Below, in pieces: positions 1 to 9,273 of a stretch of DNA of 64,000 bases. Under the pieces are notes generated by a model that saw only the letters and a list, made by a program, of their open reading frames with translations, was not told the origin of the DNA and did not search any database. A program made the position numbers and the translations under genes. Each line of letters begins with the position of its first letter. The first letter of the stretch is position 1. The DNA lies in the IMG/VR virus record IMGVR_UViG_3300024350_000252, positions 124,001 through 188,000 of that record. One strand, given 5' to 3'.

Positions 1-1654
1 TTGATCCAGTATCTGCTGTGCTCTGTAACCATTTAACGTTAACGTCTGAAAGGAAAATTTTATCAAAGTTAGTAAGATAAAAATTATAAGTTTGAAAATC
101 AGCTACTGCTGGTTCTATGACATCCTTGATATAATTCAACAAAATAGTTTTATTAGAAAGTGTAAAACTAAAAGTTCTTTCGTTGTCATATCGATAGATG
201 ATTCCGTCGTCGGCAAATACATTTACACCACTGTACTTTCCGCTAGCATCAATGATATCAAAATTCCTGCTTATACCGCTGCTACTTCTGTTGATCGATT
301 TTACCTTGAGAATATCTTGGCTGCTAGATAGCGGAGCTAGATTATAATCTTCTCCTGTGATCATTCTATTCTGTGTATAATAGACAGCAGGAGCATTAGC
401 ACGGATAGTGTCCATGTCTTCAGATGCGGCGCTGTTATCCACGCTGTAATAGAGGCTACAGGTCACTGTCAAGGTTTCAGCAGTACCTCTAGAACTAGTA
501 TAAGGAATTGATAAAGTTACTCCTCGTAATTCGTTAGGAGAAATAATATATCTTAAACCATTGCTGACTCTATAATAAATCTTAAAAGAACCTCTAGGCA
601 AATTGCCATACACACCGTCAGCAAATAAAAGATCTACCTGATCATTATTTTTTGTAATAGCAGAATAGATATTCTTGACGCCGTTGCTAACACTATTATA
701 AACAATATTGTTGCCTGTCAAAGAAGAAACCTGTGTCCATTTTTCTCCTTGATTTCCTGCGGCATCGACAGCATATAGCCAAAGGTCATCATTGTTAATA
801 CCATTGGTAGTGATATTGATTATTTCGTTAACTGTCGGCTGTGTGATCGTAAAATCAGCCGTAGTCATGCTACCTTGCTTGAACAGTAAGAAAAATCCAG
901 TATTGCTGCTAGCATTACCTTTTCCGTCTTGTCTGTAGACAAAACCTAACTTATTGCCCGGAATAGGATCTTCTTCATAGATATAATCTTTTCCGATTAT
1001 GCTAGTACTAACCAATTCAAAATTCATAGAACGGCCGCCTGCTACCTTACTAAAAGTATAGATAGGAACCCCGGTATTTGAAGCATTAAATCTGTACTGA
1101 TCGGTAGTGATACCGTCGATAGAAGCAGTGCCTTGACTCTTGCCAAATTCAGTAGTAGACGGCATAGCAGCATTTAAAACAGCGATAAACTGTTGATACC
1201 AATTGGTATTTGTAGGATCATTCCATATCACGGTCTGTTTAGCAAGATTGATACCGTTGGCATCTGTAAGTGTTTCTGTAGTAGAAACCGTGTCAAATTT
1301 TAGTAGCCCCTGGGCAGCTTTATTTCTCTTGGCATTATAAGATAACATACGTGCCAACCTTAACACGCTGTCTTTTCTGCTGGCTAATTCTATGAAATTT
1401 TCTCTAGATGCTAAATCAATACGGAACGCAAGATTTTGTCCCAAGAAGGCGATAAGATCAATTAAGGCGACATATTCGCTAGACTCAATATAATCGTTAA
1501 AATCTTCAGCATAGTTTTCTCTCAGATAAGCGGTCATTACCCTTCTGAGATTTTCAAAATCGTAACTGGTAAAATCAGCATTTTTGAAAGTTTGGTAAAT
1601 CCTCTTCCAATCTTCTGCCAATATTAAATTATTTTGTCTAGCTGTGGTTGTCAT
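1..1654 (-). CDS. Baseplate wedge subunit, T4 gp6-like (3' end runs off the window)
   Basis: Not in the ORF track because no stop lies in the window. Hand translation from ATG at 1654: MTTTARQNNLILAEDWKRIYQTFKNADFTSYDFENLRRVMTAYLRENYAEDFNDYIESSEYVALIDLIAFLGQNLAFRIDLASRENFIELASRKDSVLRLARMLSYNAKR, the typical gp6 N-terminus (DF..L, EN+..A...SV..LA..L.Y). It later contains LLFADGVYGNLP and IRANAPAVYYTQNRMITGEDY. Open to position 2. Confidence 0.9.
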   Translation of the reverse strand, partial: MTTTARQNNLILAEDWKRIYQTFKNADFTSYDFENLRRVMTAYLRENYAEDFNDYIESSEYVALIDLIAFLGQNLAFRIDLASRENFIELASRKDSVLRLARMLSYNAKRNKAAQGLLKFDTVSTTETLTDANGINLAKQTVIWNDPTNTNWYQQFIAVLNAAMPSTTEFGKSQGTASIDGITTDQYRFNASNTGVPIYTFSKVAGGRSMNFELVSTSIIGKDYIYEEDPIPGNKLGFVYRQDGKGNASSNTGFFLLFKQGSMTTADFTITQPTVNEIINITTNGINNDDLWLYAVDAAGNQGEKWTQVSSLTGNNIVYNSVSNGVKNIYSAITKNNDQVDLLFADGVYGNLPRGSFKIYYRVSNGLRYIISPNELRGVTLSIPYTSSRGTAETLTVTCSLYYSVDNSAASEDMDTIRANAPAVYYTQNRMITGEDYNLAPLSSSQDILKVKSINRSSSGISRNFDIIDASGKYSGVNVFADDGIIYRYDNERTFSFTLSNKTILLNYIKDVIEPAVADFQTYNFYLTNFDKIFLSDVNVKWLQSTADTGS

Positions 1655-1705
1655 GAATTAGCATCCTATCTTATATTTATTTGGTTTTAAAAACTGCGCA
1701 TATTA

Positions 1706-2155
1706 TCATTGAGCAGTAGTTTTACTTTCTTTCCTATTATCAAAATCAATAGCTATTTTTTCCGATAGGTTAAATTCAACATAAAAGAGATCAACCATGA
1801 CTCGTATACCATATTGTGTAGTATCTACAGTCACATTCTGTACATTAACTCTGGGATCTCTGTTGACTATCTCTGTCACATCGTCGCTGATAGCTTGTAT
1901 ATTCACACCTGTCAAAGGTTCGTAGATCATGTTCCAGATAATAGTTCCAAAATCCGGATTCATCAGTTTTTCGCCTTTCCTAATATTGAAATGATTGAGC
2001 AGATCCTGTTTAACCAAGTCCATATCGTGCTGTTTCCAGCCAGTGGCTACACTATACGAATTAAAGCCCTTGTAGGCAAAAATATCTTGATCTAGATTGC
2101 CAGCCTGTGCCTGAGCAGTGGCTACCTGTGTTACGTTGTATATTCTGACTGTCAT
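1706..2155 (-). CDS. Baseplate wedge subunit, gp25/GPW-like
   Basis: 149 aa; DLVKQDLLNHFNIRKGEKLMNPDFGTIIWNMIYEP...DPRV matches the gp25 family pattern; lies between gp5 and gp6. Confidence 0.9.
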   Translation of the reverse strand: MTVRIYNVTQVATAQAQAGNLDQDIFAYKGFNSYSVATGWKQHDMDLVKQDLLNHFNIRKGEKLMNPDFGTIIWNMIYEPLTGVNIQAISDDVTEIVNRDPRVNVQNVTVDTTQYGIRVMVDLFYVEFNLSEKIAIDFDNRKESKTTAQ

Positions 2156-3786
2156 GCTGTTTGAGTTCCTGTATCTTTTTGTTCTCTATCGGTCTTTTCC
2201 GGTGTTGCTTTAGTAGGATCGACGTTTTCGTGGCCGCCCCAGGGTTCATGCATCGGTATCCTGCGCATGATACTTTTCTTCGGCTCTACGTTTTGATATT
2301 GTGTAGCTTTAAAATCCTGCCTTGGGTTAGTAGAAGGATTATCAAAAGTAGGCAATGTTTCGGGCTTCGATTCTATAGAGCCTGCCGGTGTAGCAGGAAT
2401 AGCAGGAATAGAATTCATGTAGATCTTGTCAGCTGTTTCAATATGATTGCCTGTGGTCAATAGGTTGAGATTACCTCCGCTAGTGGTCAAAAACATATTA
2501 TCGCTACTGGTCATATTGACACCCTTGGCATTCAGTTTCATAGCACCAGATGCGTTTATTTCATAATCTTTATATCCAAATTTACTAGCACCGTCTACTG
2601 TAGTTTCACTATTTCCTTTGATATAGATCTTGTTGTCTGTGCCCACTATTAATGTGTTTTCTTTACCTGTTTCTGTTTGCATTTTTTCGGCAGCTTTGAT
2701 ATTGATATTGCGTCCTGCTTCAATATTGATATCTCTATCCGCACAGAAATTAAAATCGTTTTCAGAATGAATGCTGACACTATCTCCGGCATAGATATCT
2801 ATCTTACCATTGCTGCTCATTTCTATCCACGATGTGCCCGATCCGTGACCAATGTAGATCAAGTCTTCGGAATTGTGTAACAGTATCTGGTGTCCTGTCC
2901 TAGTACGCACACGGAAGTATTCGCTGATAGGAATCCTAACATCTCCGCCTTCATTAGCAGGAACATACTCCGGCGGGCCTTCGCCTGCTGGTTTCTTTCT
3001 AACATATCGTTCGTCGCCGTCATCCATGACGAACTGAAATCCTCCAACTCTACTCACATATGTTGGCTGAGAAATATCTTCGCTTTCACCTATTCTAGCT
3101 TTTTTAGCTCCAGATCTTTTATCTAAAGGACCCGGTGTAGATATCCCATAAACATTAGATGGCGCACTTCTACGCATAGTAGATGTAGTAGGACCGCGGA
3201 AATAATCTTTGATTAAACCTTGGTTTAGAAAAACACCTGCCATCGGATGTACTGGTTTAGCTACTTTATCTACATCTGTGCTAGTTCTATCTTTGTTTGT
3301 CGATCTGTTCATTTCGCCTGTAGGCAACGCTAGTCCAGAACCATATTTGGCTTTATCTTCAGGACTCATATCAGTTGCCGAAGAAGCTGCGATACCCGGG
3401 ACCATATGATTGACATATGTATCAGGTACACATCCTAACCAATAACCTTCTCCTGTTTCTTCAACAAATATACAGAGAACAGTGACTCCAACATCTGGCG
3501 GGACAAAGCTCATTCCATAACTTTTTTGTGTATCTTGGAAAGCTGCTGCGTTTCCAGAATTACTGCCAGTGAAGCCCACATTAGTTGCGCCAAAGAAAGG
3601 TGGACAATATTTTACGATAATATTTTGCCCAGTCTTACCATAACTAGAACTGTTTTGTCCTATGAGGCTGACTAGTAGTCCTCCCATAAATGTAGTATCA
3701 GCATGACCTACTACTTTTGCTAACCTAGGGCCAGAAAGTTTGCCTGCTGTGGCTACGTTAGGATTGGTCTGATAGACTCTTGGCAT
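2152..3786 (-). CDS. Baseplate central spike, gp5/VgrG-like (OB-fold plus beta-helix, no lysozyme domain seen)
   Basis: 544 aa; GMSFVPPDVGVTVLCIF...GYWLG (OB-fold), RTRTGHQILLHNSEDLIYIGHGSGTSWIEMSSNGKIDIY followed by beta-helix repeats; C-terminal RIPMHEPWGGHEN. Confidence 0.85.
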   Translation of the reverse strand: MPRVYQTNPNVATAGKLSGPRLAKVVGHADTTFMGGLLVSLIGQNSSSYGKTGQNIIVKYCPPFFGATNVGFTGSNSGNAAAFQDTQKSYGMSFVPPDVGVTVLCIFVEETGEGYWLGCVPDTYVNHMVPGIAASSATDMSPEDKAKYGSGLALPTGEMNRSTNKDRTSTDVDKVAKPVHPMAGVFLNQGLIKDYFRGPTTSTMRRSAPSNVYGISTPGPLDKRSGAKKARIGESEDISQPTYVSRVGGFQFVMDDGDERYVRKKPAGEGPPEYVPANEGGDVRIPISEYFRVRTRTGHQILLHNSEDLIYIGHGSGTSWIEMSSNGKIDIYAGDSVSIHSENDFNFCADRDINIEAGRNINIKAAEKMQTETGKENTLIVGTDNKIYIKGNSETTVDGASKFGYKDYEINASGAMKLNAKGVNMTSSDNMFLTTSGGNLNLLTTGNHIETADKIYMNSIPAIPATPAGSIESKPETLPTFDNPSTNPRQDFKATQYQNVEPKKSIMRRIPMHEPWGGHENVDPTKATPEKTDREQKDTGTQTA

Positions 3787-3788
3787 TA

Positions 3789-5915
3789 TTAATTGCCTCC
3801 ACTTGCTGTTGGACCTTCTGGTACTGTATCACCTTGCGGATCTTCTCCCTGTTTCTTAGGTAGACCGGCACCCGGTGCTAAAGAAGCATCTGTTCTTGTA
3901 GCATTAATAGCATCGCTAACTTGGCCTTTATCTCTCATTAATCTTAATTTGTTTGTATACATACCGTCTTTGAAAATAGCATAACTCTTTGTTATTCTAA
4001 AAAATCCGCTGAAAGGACTATCCGATGCTCCGCTGTTGGGGAAAGGATAAGTCGCTTGTCCTCTACGAGGAGCATCGTTTGGTGTTTTAAATCTTATATA
4101 AATCCTAACTTCTTGAGAATTATAAGCTGCTGCTCCATCTGAATTGATGCCGTCTCCTTGTTTCGCAGGAAAATAACCACCGTATCCTTCATCACTAAAA
4201 TAATACGGATCTCCATATATTTCGAGATCAGCAGTCAGTTGATCATAAGTGTCTATTAAATTTTTCTGCATCTGTCTTGCTACTAATACTTCAGGACTAT
4301 CGGCTGCTGCGCCTGAATTTGGTGCCGGCACTGCCGAAGGATCTAAATTTGCTGGTGCTGAGCTAGTAGCACTTGTTGTCACTGCTCCACTGACTCCTGA
4401 ACTATCTTGTCTTATAACAGTAACAGGTGTAGATGCGTTAGCTGCGGATGGGTTTGATCCAGAAGCATATTCTGGAACCCCTGTGAATATAGTTTGGTAA
4501 TAGGTGTTATCTAGAGTTATATTCCAACTGATGATATCATCGTTTTGTCCTGTATAGAGAAAATCGTATTTCTTTCTTACTAGAGTCGGATCTAATCCTT
4601 CGGCTGGTACAGCAGGATTTTTTACCATAGCAGCATTTACTCTATAAGGCATGACATAATAATAAAAGGTCTTACCTAATTGTCCGCCACGTTTAGCATC
4701 CGGACCTAATTCAGGTTTTGGTTTCACAACAGCTCTAATAGTGAACCAATTGATGAAACCATTTTCTACTTTTTCAAAGGCTTTAGCACAAAACTCGCTG
4801 TTTAATACTATCTCTCTCACACAGGCTGTGATGGTTCTTAAACCTGAGCTTTCATCAGCAGTACCTACTGTAAATGTAAAACTTTTTTGTTTCTTGTCTC
4901 CAGAATTTACTGCGTCTCTAGAACTAGCAGCATCTCTATCTTGTTGACTTACTCTCGTTGCGTCACTGGCAAATGGTCTGCTGCCTGTATTTTCTGAAAA
5001 AGCAAAAGCAGAATCGGCCATCGCAGCCCAACGCGGAAGACTTTCATGATTTCCATCATTAAATTCACCATCTACACATTTTATAACAAAATTATCTGTC
5101 TGGCCTATAACTCCTTTTTCTTTTAATTCTATAAAAATGTCATCTAGTAATTTTGAAAGAGAACCTTCGATAGGATCCTCACCCCCTAATGCTTCTTCTA
5201 CAGTTTTACCAAAAGGTGCTACTGTATTTTTTAATGAATTGTTTACATTATTAAAAGCTTCTTGGCCGGCCGGCATTCCTTTGACTTTATAGATTGTACC
5301 GCTATCTGTATATGTAAAACTTATTTCCGTAAAACTAAACGGCAAATATCTAGTAGCTGCTGGTATCTTAGCACTGTTTCCTTCCGCTGTCCAGCCAACA
5401 TATTCTAGTTTTAAAACATATCTAGCATCTGTAGTATAATTTCCCCATCCTGCTTTTAACGATGCTACCTGTAAAGTTTGTAAAAACAAACCCATACTAT
5501 AAGGTTCATAAATGTCAAATTTAAAATTAGCTACAGGTTCGATACCGCTAGAATTTGTTATCTGCATAAATTCAACATTGTTAATGAAGAATTCTGTTTT
5601 GCCATAATAGTTTCCTACTCTCTTGTTGTTGTCTCTACCACCTTCTGACAACATGATATAAGTTAACGATCCGCCCTCTTTTCTATAACTTGTAGGATCG
5701 TTTAATTGAGCAGGAGTTAAACAAGCTATGCTGAACAGATATGTATAACTGGCATATTTTTTTAAAGGATTAGGTATTAGATTAGGAAACAGACTATCGG
5801 GGTTTGTAGAACTGCTAGGCGTGACAGCAACTGTCGCTGCGTTAGACGTCGCTGTAACTCGTACTACATTAGAAGACGAAACAAATGTCTGAGGTAGAGT
5901 TGAGCCTTCTGCCAT
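3789..5915 (-). CDS. Baseplate hub protein (gp27/Mu gp44-like, putative)
   Basis: 708 aa directly upstream of gp5; NPLKKYASYTY, EPYSMGLFLQTL, LEIYGDPYY, FSGFFRITKSYAIFKDGMYTNKLRLMR resemble contractile-tail hub proteins. Confidence 0.6.
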   Translation of the reverse strand: MAEGSTLPQTFVSSSNVVRVTATSNAATVAVTPSSSTNPDSLFPNLIPNPLKKYASYTYLFSIACLTPAQLNDPTSYRKEGGSLTYIMLSEGGRDNNKRVGNYYGKTEFFINNVEFMQITNSSGIEPVANFKFDIYEPYSMGLFLQTLQVASLKAGWGNYTTDARYVLKLEYVGWTAEGNSAKIPAATRYLPFSFTEISFTYTDSGTIYKVKGMPAGQEAFNNVNNSLKNTVAPFGKTVEEALGGEDPIEGSLSKLLDDIFIELKEKGVIGQTDNFVIKCVDGEFNDGNHESLPRWAAMADSAFAFSENTGSRPFASDATRVSQQDRDAASSRDAVNSGDKKQKSFTFTVGTADESSGLRTITACVREIVLNSEFCAKAFEKVENGFINWFTIRAVVKPKPELGPDAKRGGQLGKTFYYYVMPYRVNAAMVKNPAVPAEGLDPTLVRKKYDFLYTGQNDDIISWNITLDNTYYQTIFTGVPEYASGSNPSAANASTPVTVIRQDSSGVSGAVTTSATSSAPANLDPSAVPAPNSGAAADSPEVLVARQMQKNLIDTYDQLTADLEIYGDPYYFSDEGYGGYFPAKQGDGINSDGAAAYNSQEVRIYIRFKTPNDAPRRGQATYPFPNSGASDSPFSGFFRITKSYAIFKDGMYTNKLRLMRDKGQVSDAINATRTDASLAPGAGLPKKQGEDPQGDTVPEGPTASGGN

Positions 5916-5916
5916 A

Positions 5917-6219
5917 TTATAATCCTAAATATCTTAACAGGTCAGTTTTTTTTGGTATAGAAATCACTGTTCCAGTTTCAAAATCGTAAACAGGATCTTT
6001 TAGGACATCCATATTTCTCTGAGCAAACACCCACCATAAAGCAGCGTCACCATATAGATCATAAGCTAGTAGATCCGGTCTATGATCATATTGACTACCG
6101 ATAGAATACTTAACATCCGAATCAGCTGCCGGTATCTGCCTGATAGTCAATGTATCAAGATAATTGTTTACTATCTTGGTCGTATACCAAGGTGAAGTTC
6201 TAGTGTAGGTAGCAGTCAT
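5917..6219 (-). CDS. Baseplate wedge protein, gp53/LysM-like
   Basis: 100 aa; RPDLLAYDLYGDAALWWVFAQRN is the gp53/tail-X LysM-like motif. Confidence 0.8.
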   Translation of the reverse strand: MTATYTRTSPWYTTKIVNNYLDTLTIRQIPAADSDVKYSIGSQYDHRPDLLAYDLYGDAALWWVFAQRNMDVLKDPVYDFETGTVISIPKKTDLLRYLGL

Positions 6220-7277
6220 TATAGAATTCCTTGAGCGGTTCCGCTAACATAATCTGCTATAGAAAATTCTCGCAGTTGAGCTCTGTTATAAACAGGCGAT
6301 ACTATAACAGTAATCGAATTAGTCATTGGTACCCAATGTGGGGTTCCTCCCACGACAATCTTTTTATAGTTGGCATCTTTAGGCATTTCTGTACTAAAAC
6401 TTTTAATCACTACAGGAACATTGTTAAAGAAATATGTACCGTATCCGGATAAAGTACAAACAATAGGTGGATTTCCAGCTGGTGTACTTTTTCCATAAAA
6501 CATCTTAGTAGCACCTCTTAAAAATGCTACCACTGCTACAAAATATTTGGCATCGTCATCATTTTGTACTGCGAAATCTCCAGTGATTGTTATATCTTCT
6601 ACGTTGCTGTTTTTATAAGATTGTACAGCAAAGTTATTATGCATCGGCTCTGTCGTGTTATAGTTTGCTTTATGTGTGACCATAACAGACGGTGTAAAAG
6701 GAAAAATCATACCATTGGTTTTTTTCAACGGCTCTAATATGTCAGGTGTGGCACCATTGCCTAATAAGGCAAAATTAGTATTCAATCTCACACGCCAATC
6801 GTTAGGATTGGCAGGACTTGCTATCGTAGAAAATGCTGTAGTAGCCCCATCGAATATGTTAGAAAAATCTGGCAAGCTGAATCTTATATTTCTGATAGAT
6901 TCTACCAAATCAAAACCTGCTTTGGCAATACCTGCTGCGGTCTGTGCTAGACCTGTTACCGCGTTACCGATAGCTTGAGGTAGCTGCATCAATGCTGCCG
7001 CAGCTCCTAGTACTCCGAGAGCTTTGTCTAGACCAGTTAGATTCAGACTAGGCAATCTTAGTCCGCCGCCACCGCCGCTGCCGCTGCCACCACCATTAAG
7101 TGAACTGCCAGCCAGGCCACCTAGCTGATTAGCATAGTTTATATTGCTAGAGTACAAATACTCCTTAGGAGCACTGTAACCAGTCAAGAAGCCAGTATAA
7201 CCTTTATCTGTAGCCGCATAGATCGTCGGTTTAGTTGTGGTTCCTGCTGTCGATTGCGTTGTTGTAGGTAAAGCCAT
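6219..7277 (-). CDS. Tail-tube initiator / baseplate cap, gp48/gp54-like (putative)
   Basis: 352 aa; C-terminal half (GMIFPFTPSV...YKNSNVEDITITGDF...PPIVCTLSGYG...NVPVVIKSFSTEMP) resembles tube-fold initiators; Gly-rich N-terminal extension; synteny with gp53. Confidence 0.6.
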   Translation of the reverse strand: MALPTTTQSTAGTTTKPTIYAATDKGYTGFLTGYSAPKEYLYSSNINYANQLGGLAGSSLNGGGSGSGGGGGLRLPSLNLTGLDKALGVLGAAAALMQLPQAIGNAVTGLAQTAAGIAKAGFDLVESIRNIRFSLPDFSNIFDGATTAFSTIASPANPNDWRVRLNTNFALLGNGATPDILEPLKKTNGMIFPFTPSVMVTHKANYNTTEPMHNNFAVQSYKNSNVEDITITGDFAVQNDDDAKYFVAVVAFLRGATKMFYGKSTPAGNPPIVCTLSGYGTYFFNNVPVVIKSFSTEMPKDANYKKIVVGGTPHWVPMTNSITVIVSPVYNRAQLREFSIADYVSGTAQGIL

Positions 7278-7351
7278 GTCTTTTGGTATCCTTTACTCTA
7301 TTTATTTCCTTAAAAATGTGCTATTATATAAGTAATTCTGAGGACCATTGA

Positions 7352-8215
7352 ATGACCACAACTAAAATAAAATACTTAACTAACAAGGACCTACTCAAAG
7401 AAATACACCGAAGCAAAAATACATACTGTTCATATGTAGCACCTGAATTTTCGGACTATGATTTAATACTGCCCAGCTTGGAAAAAATCAATATTCGTAC
7501 TATTGCCGAAGCTAAACGAGTAAGGGCAGCACGTCTATCCAAACAAGCATATGAAAAAGCAGCTCTAACAGATAAAAAAGCTTCTGCTAAAAACTTTGAA
7601 ATCGATTATAAAAAGATACTAAAGACCGATGTTGTTTTTAGGATCGTGTCGTGGGAACATATTCCATTGGCACCTGGTCGGAAAAAGACTGTTAAAAATA
7701 CCGCAGACAGTCACGAAAAAATCAACTTTCCTCCATTCCAACATTGGAAGTTTGATGACAATGATAACCTAATCTGCGTAGGCAAAAGCCACTGGATCGG
7801 TGGTATGGAAAACGGACACTTTAGCAAAGAACACGGACGCATGACTGATAATCTTGCTAGGATGTTTATCAAACTCTGCGAGCGTTACGCTACCAGAGGT
7901 AATGTCAGAGGATATACCTACAACGATGAAATGCGAGGACAAGCGATCTTACAGCTTACTCAAATTGGCCTTCAGTTCGATGAAAGCAAGTCTAATAACC
8001 CTTTCGCTTACTATACTGCTGCCGTTACTAACAGTTTTGTACGGATCATTAACATTGAAAAGCGTAATCAAAATATTAGAGATGACATCCTTGAAATGAA
8101 TGGTATGAATCCCAGTTGGACCAGACAGAACAGCGGTAAATCAACTAGCGCAGGGCCTGTTAGTCCTGTAGTGAGCGACGCAAATTTTAACATGGATTGG
8201 GGCAGCGACGATTGA
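7352..8215 (+). CDS. Late-transcription sigma factor, T4 gp55-like
   Basis: YLTNKDLL at the N-terminus; RGYTYNDEMRGQAIL...FDESKSNNPFAYYTAAVTNSFVRIINIEKRNQNIRD is the gp55 signature; precedes gp47/gp46 as in T4-like phages. Confidence 0.9.
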   Translation: MTTTKIKYLTNKDLLKEIHRSKNTYCSYVAPEFSDYDLILPSLEKINIRTIAEAKRVRAARLSKQAYEKAALTDKKASAKNFEIDYKKILKTDVVFRIVSWEHIPLAPGRKKTVKNTADSHEKINFPPFQHWKFDDNDNLICVGKSHWIGGMENGHFSKEHGRMTDNLARMFIKLCERYATRGNVRGYTYNDEMRGQAILQLTQIGLQFDESKSNNPFAYYTAAVTNSFVRIINIEKRNQNIRDDILEMNGMNPSWTRQNSGKSTSAGPVSPVVSDANFNMDWGSDD

Positions 8216-8240
8216 CTTTGTCAACGTTGCCGTCTACAAT
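8212..8240 (+). promoter_or_regulatory. Sigma70-type promoter upstream of gp47
   Basis: TTGACT (8212-8217), 17-nt spacer, TACAAT (8235-8240), about 20 nt before the gp47 start. Confidence 0.7.
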
Positions 8241-8259
8241 TTAATTAGGAGTTTCGTCG

Positions 8260-9273
8260 ATGGGATTATTCAACAAAGTCGCTTGTTTCACAGATATCCA
8301 TTTTGGCCTTAAATCAGGTAGCAGGATCCACAACATAGATTGTGAAGATTTTGTCATATGGTTCTGTGAAGAAGCTAAAAAAGCAGGAGCTGAAACTTGT
8401 ATCTTCTTAGGTGACTGGCATCATAACAGGTCAACTACTGATGTCAGCACCATGAACTATACAGTTAGCAACATCGAAAGACTGAATGCTAACTTTGAAA
8501 AAGTCTATTTCATTTTAGGCAATCACGATCTATTCTACAAAGACAAGCGAGAAATTAATTCTATTGAATTCATGCGCCTGTTTCCAAACGTTGTGCCTAT
8601 CAAGGATCCGCTAACATTAGACGGTGTGACTTTTTTACCATGGTTAGTAGGCGATGAATGGCGTACTGTGCCAGATATCAAAAGTCGTTACATTTTTGGA
8701 CACTTTGAATTGCCATTATTCTATATGAACGCTATGGTACAGATGCCTGATCACGGTCAATTACAAAGCAACCATTTCGTTAACCAAGAATATGTGTTTA
8801 GCGGACATTTTCACAAACGTCAAACACAAGGCAATATTACTTATATTGGTAATGCTTTTCCACACAACTACGCAGATGCCGGCGATGATGATCGAGGTAT
8901 GATGTTGTTAGAGTGGGGAGGTGCGCCGGAATATCGAACTTGGCAACAACAGCCTGTTTACAGACACTACAAACTCAGCCGCATCATAGATTCTCCAGAT
9001 ACACTGTTAAAGTCTAAGATGCACTGTCGTGTTACCATAGACGTTCCTATCACTTTCGAAGAAGCTAACTTTATCAAAGAAACTTTTATAAAGCAATATG
9101 ATCTTCGAGAGCTGATGTTGATACCGGAAAAAACAGAAATCGAATCTAGTAATGCTGTTCCTGTGGATCTACAGTTTGAAAGTGTAGACACTATCGTGAT
9201 GAATCAGATAACCAGTATAGATTCCGAAACATATGACAAGAAGCTGCTGTTGGAGATCTACAATAACCTATGA
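8260..9273 (+). CDS. Recombination endonuclease subunit, gp47 (Mre11/SbcD-like)
   Basis: Metallophosphoesterase motifs DIHFG, FLGDWHH, GNHD, GHFE and SGHFH. Confidence 0.95.
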   Translation: MGLFNKVACFTDIHFGLKSGSRIHNIDCEDFVIWFCEEAKKAGAETCIFLGDWHHNRSTTDVSTMNYTVSNIERLNANFEKVYFILGNHDLFYKDKREINSIEFMRLFPNVVPIKDPLTLDGVTFLPWLVGDEWRTVPDIKSRYIFGHFELPLFYMNAMVQMPDHGQLQSNHFVNQEYVFSGHFHKRQTQGNITYIGNAFPHNYADAGDDDRGMMLLEWGGAPEYRTWQQQPVYRHYKLSRIIDSPDTLLKSKMHCRVTIDVPITFEEANFIKETFIKQYDLRELMLIPEKTEIESSNAVPVDLQFESVDTIVMNQITSIDSETYDKKLLLEIYNNL

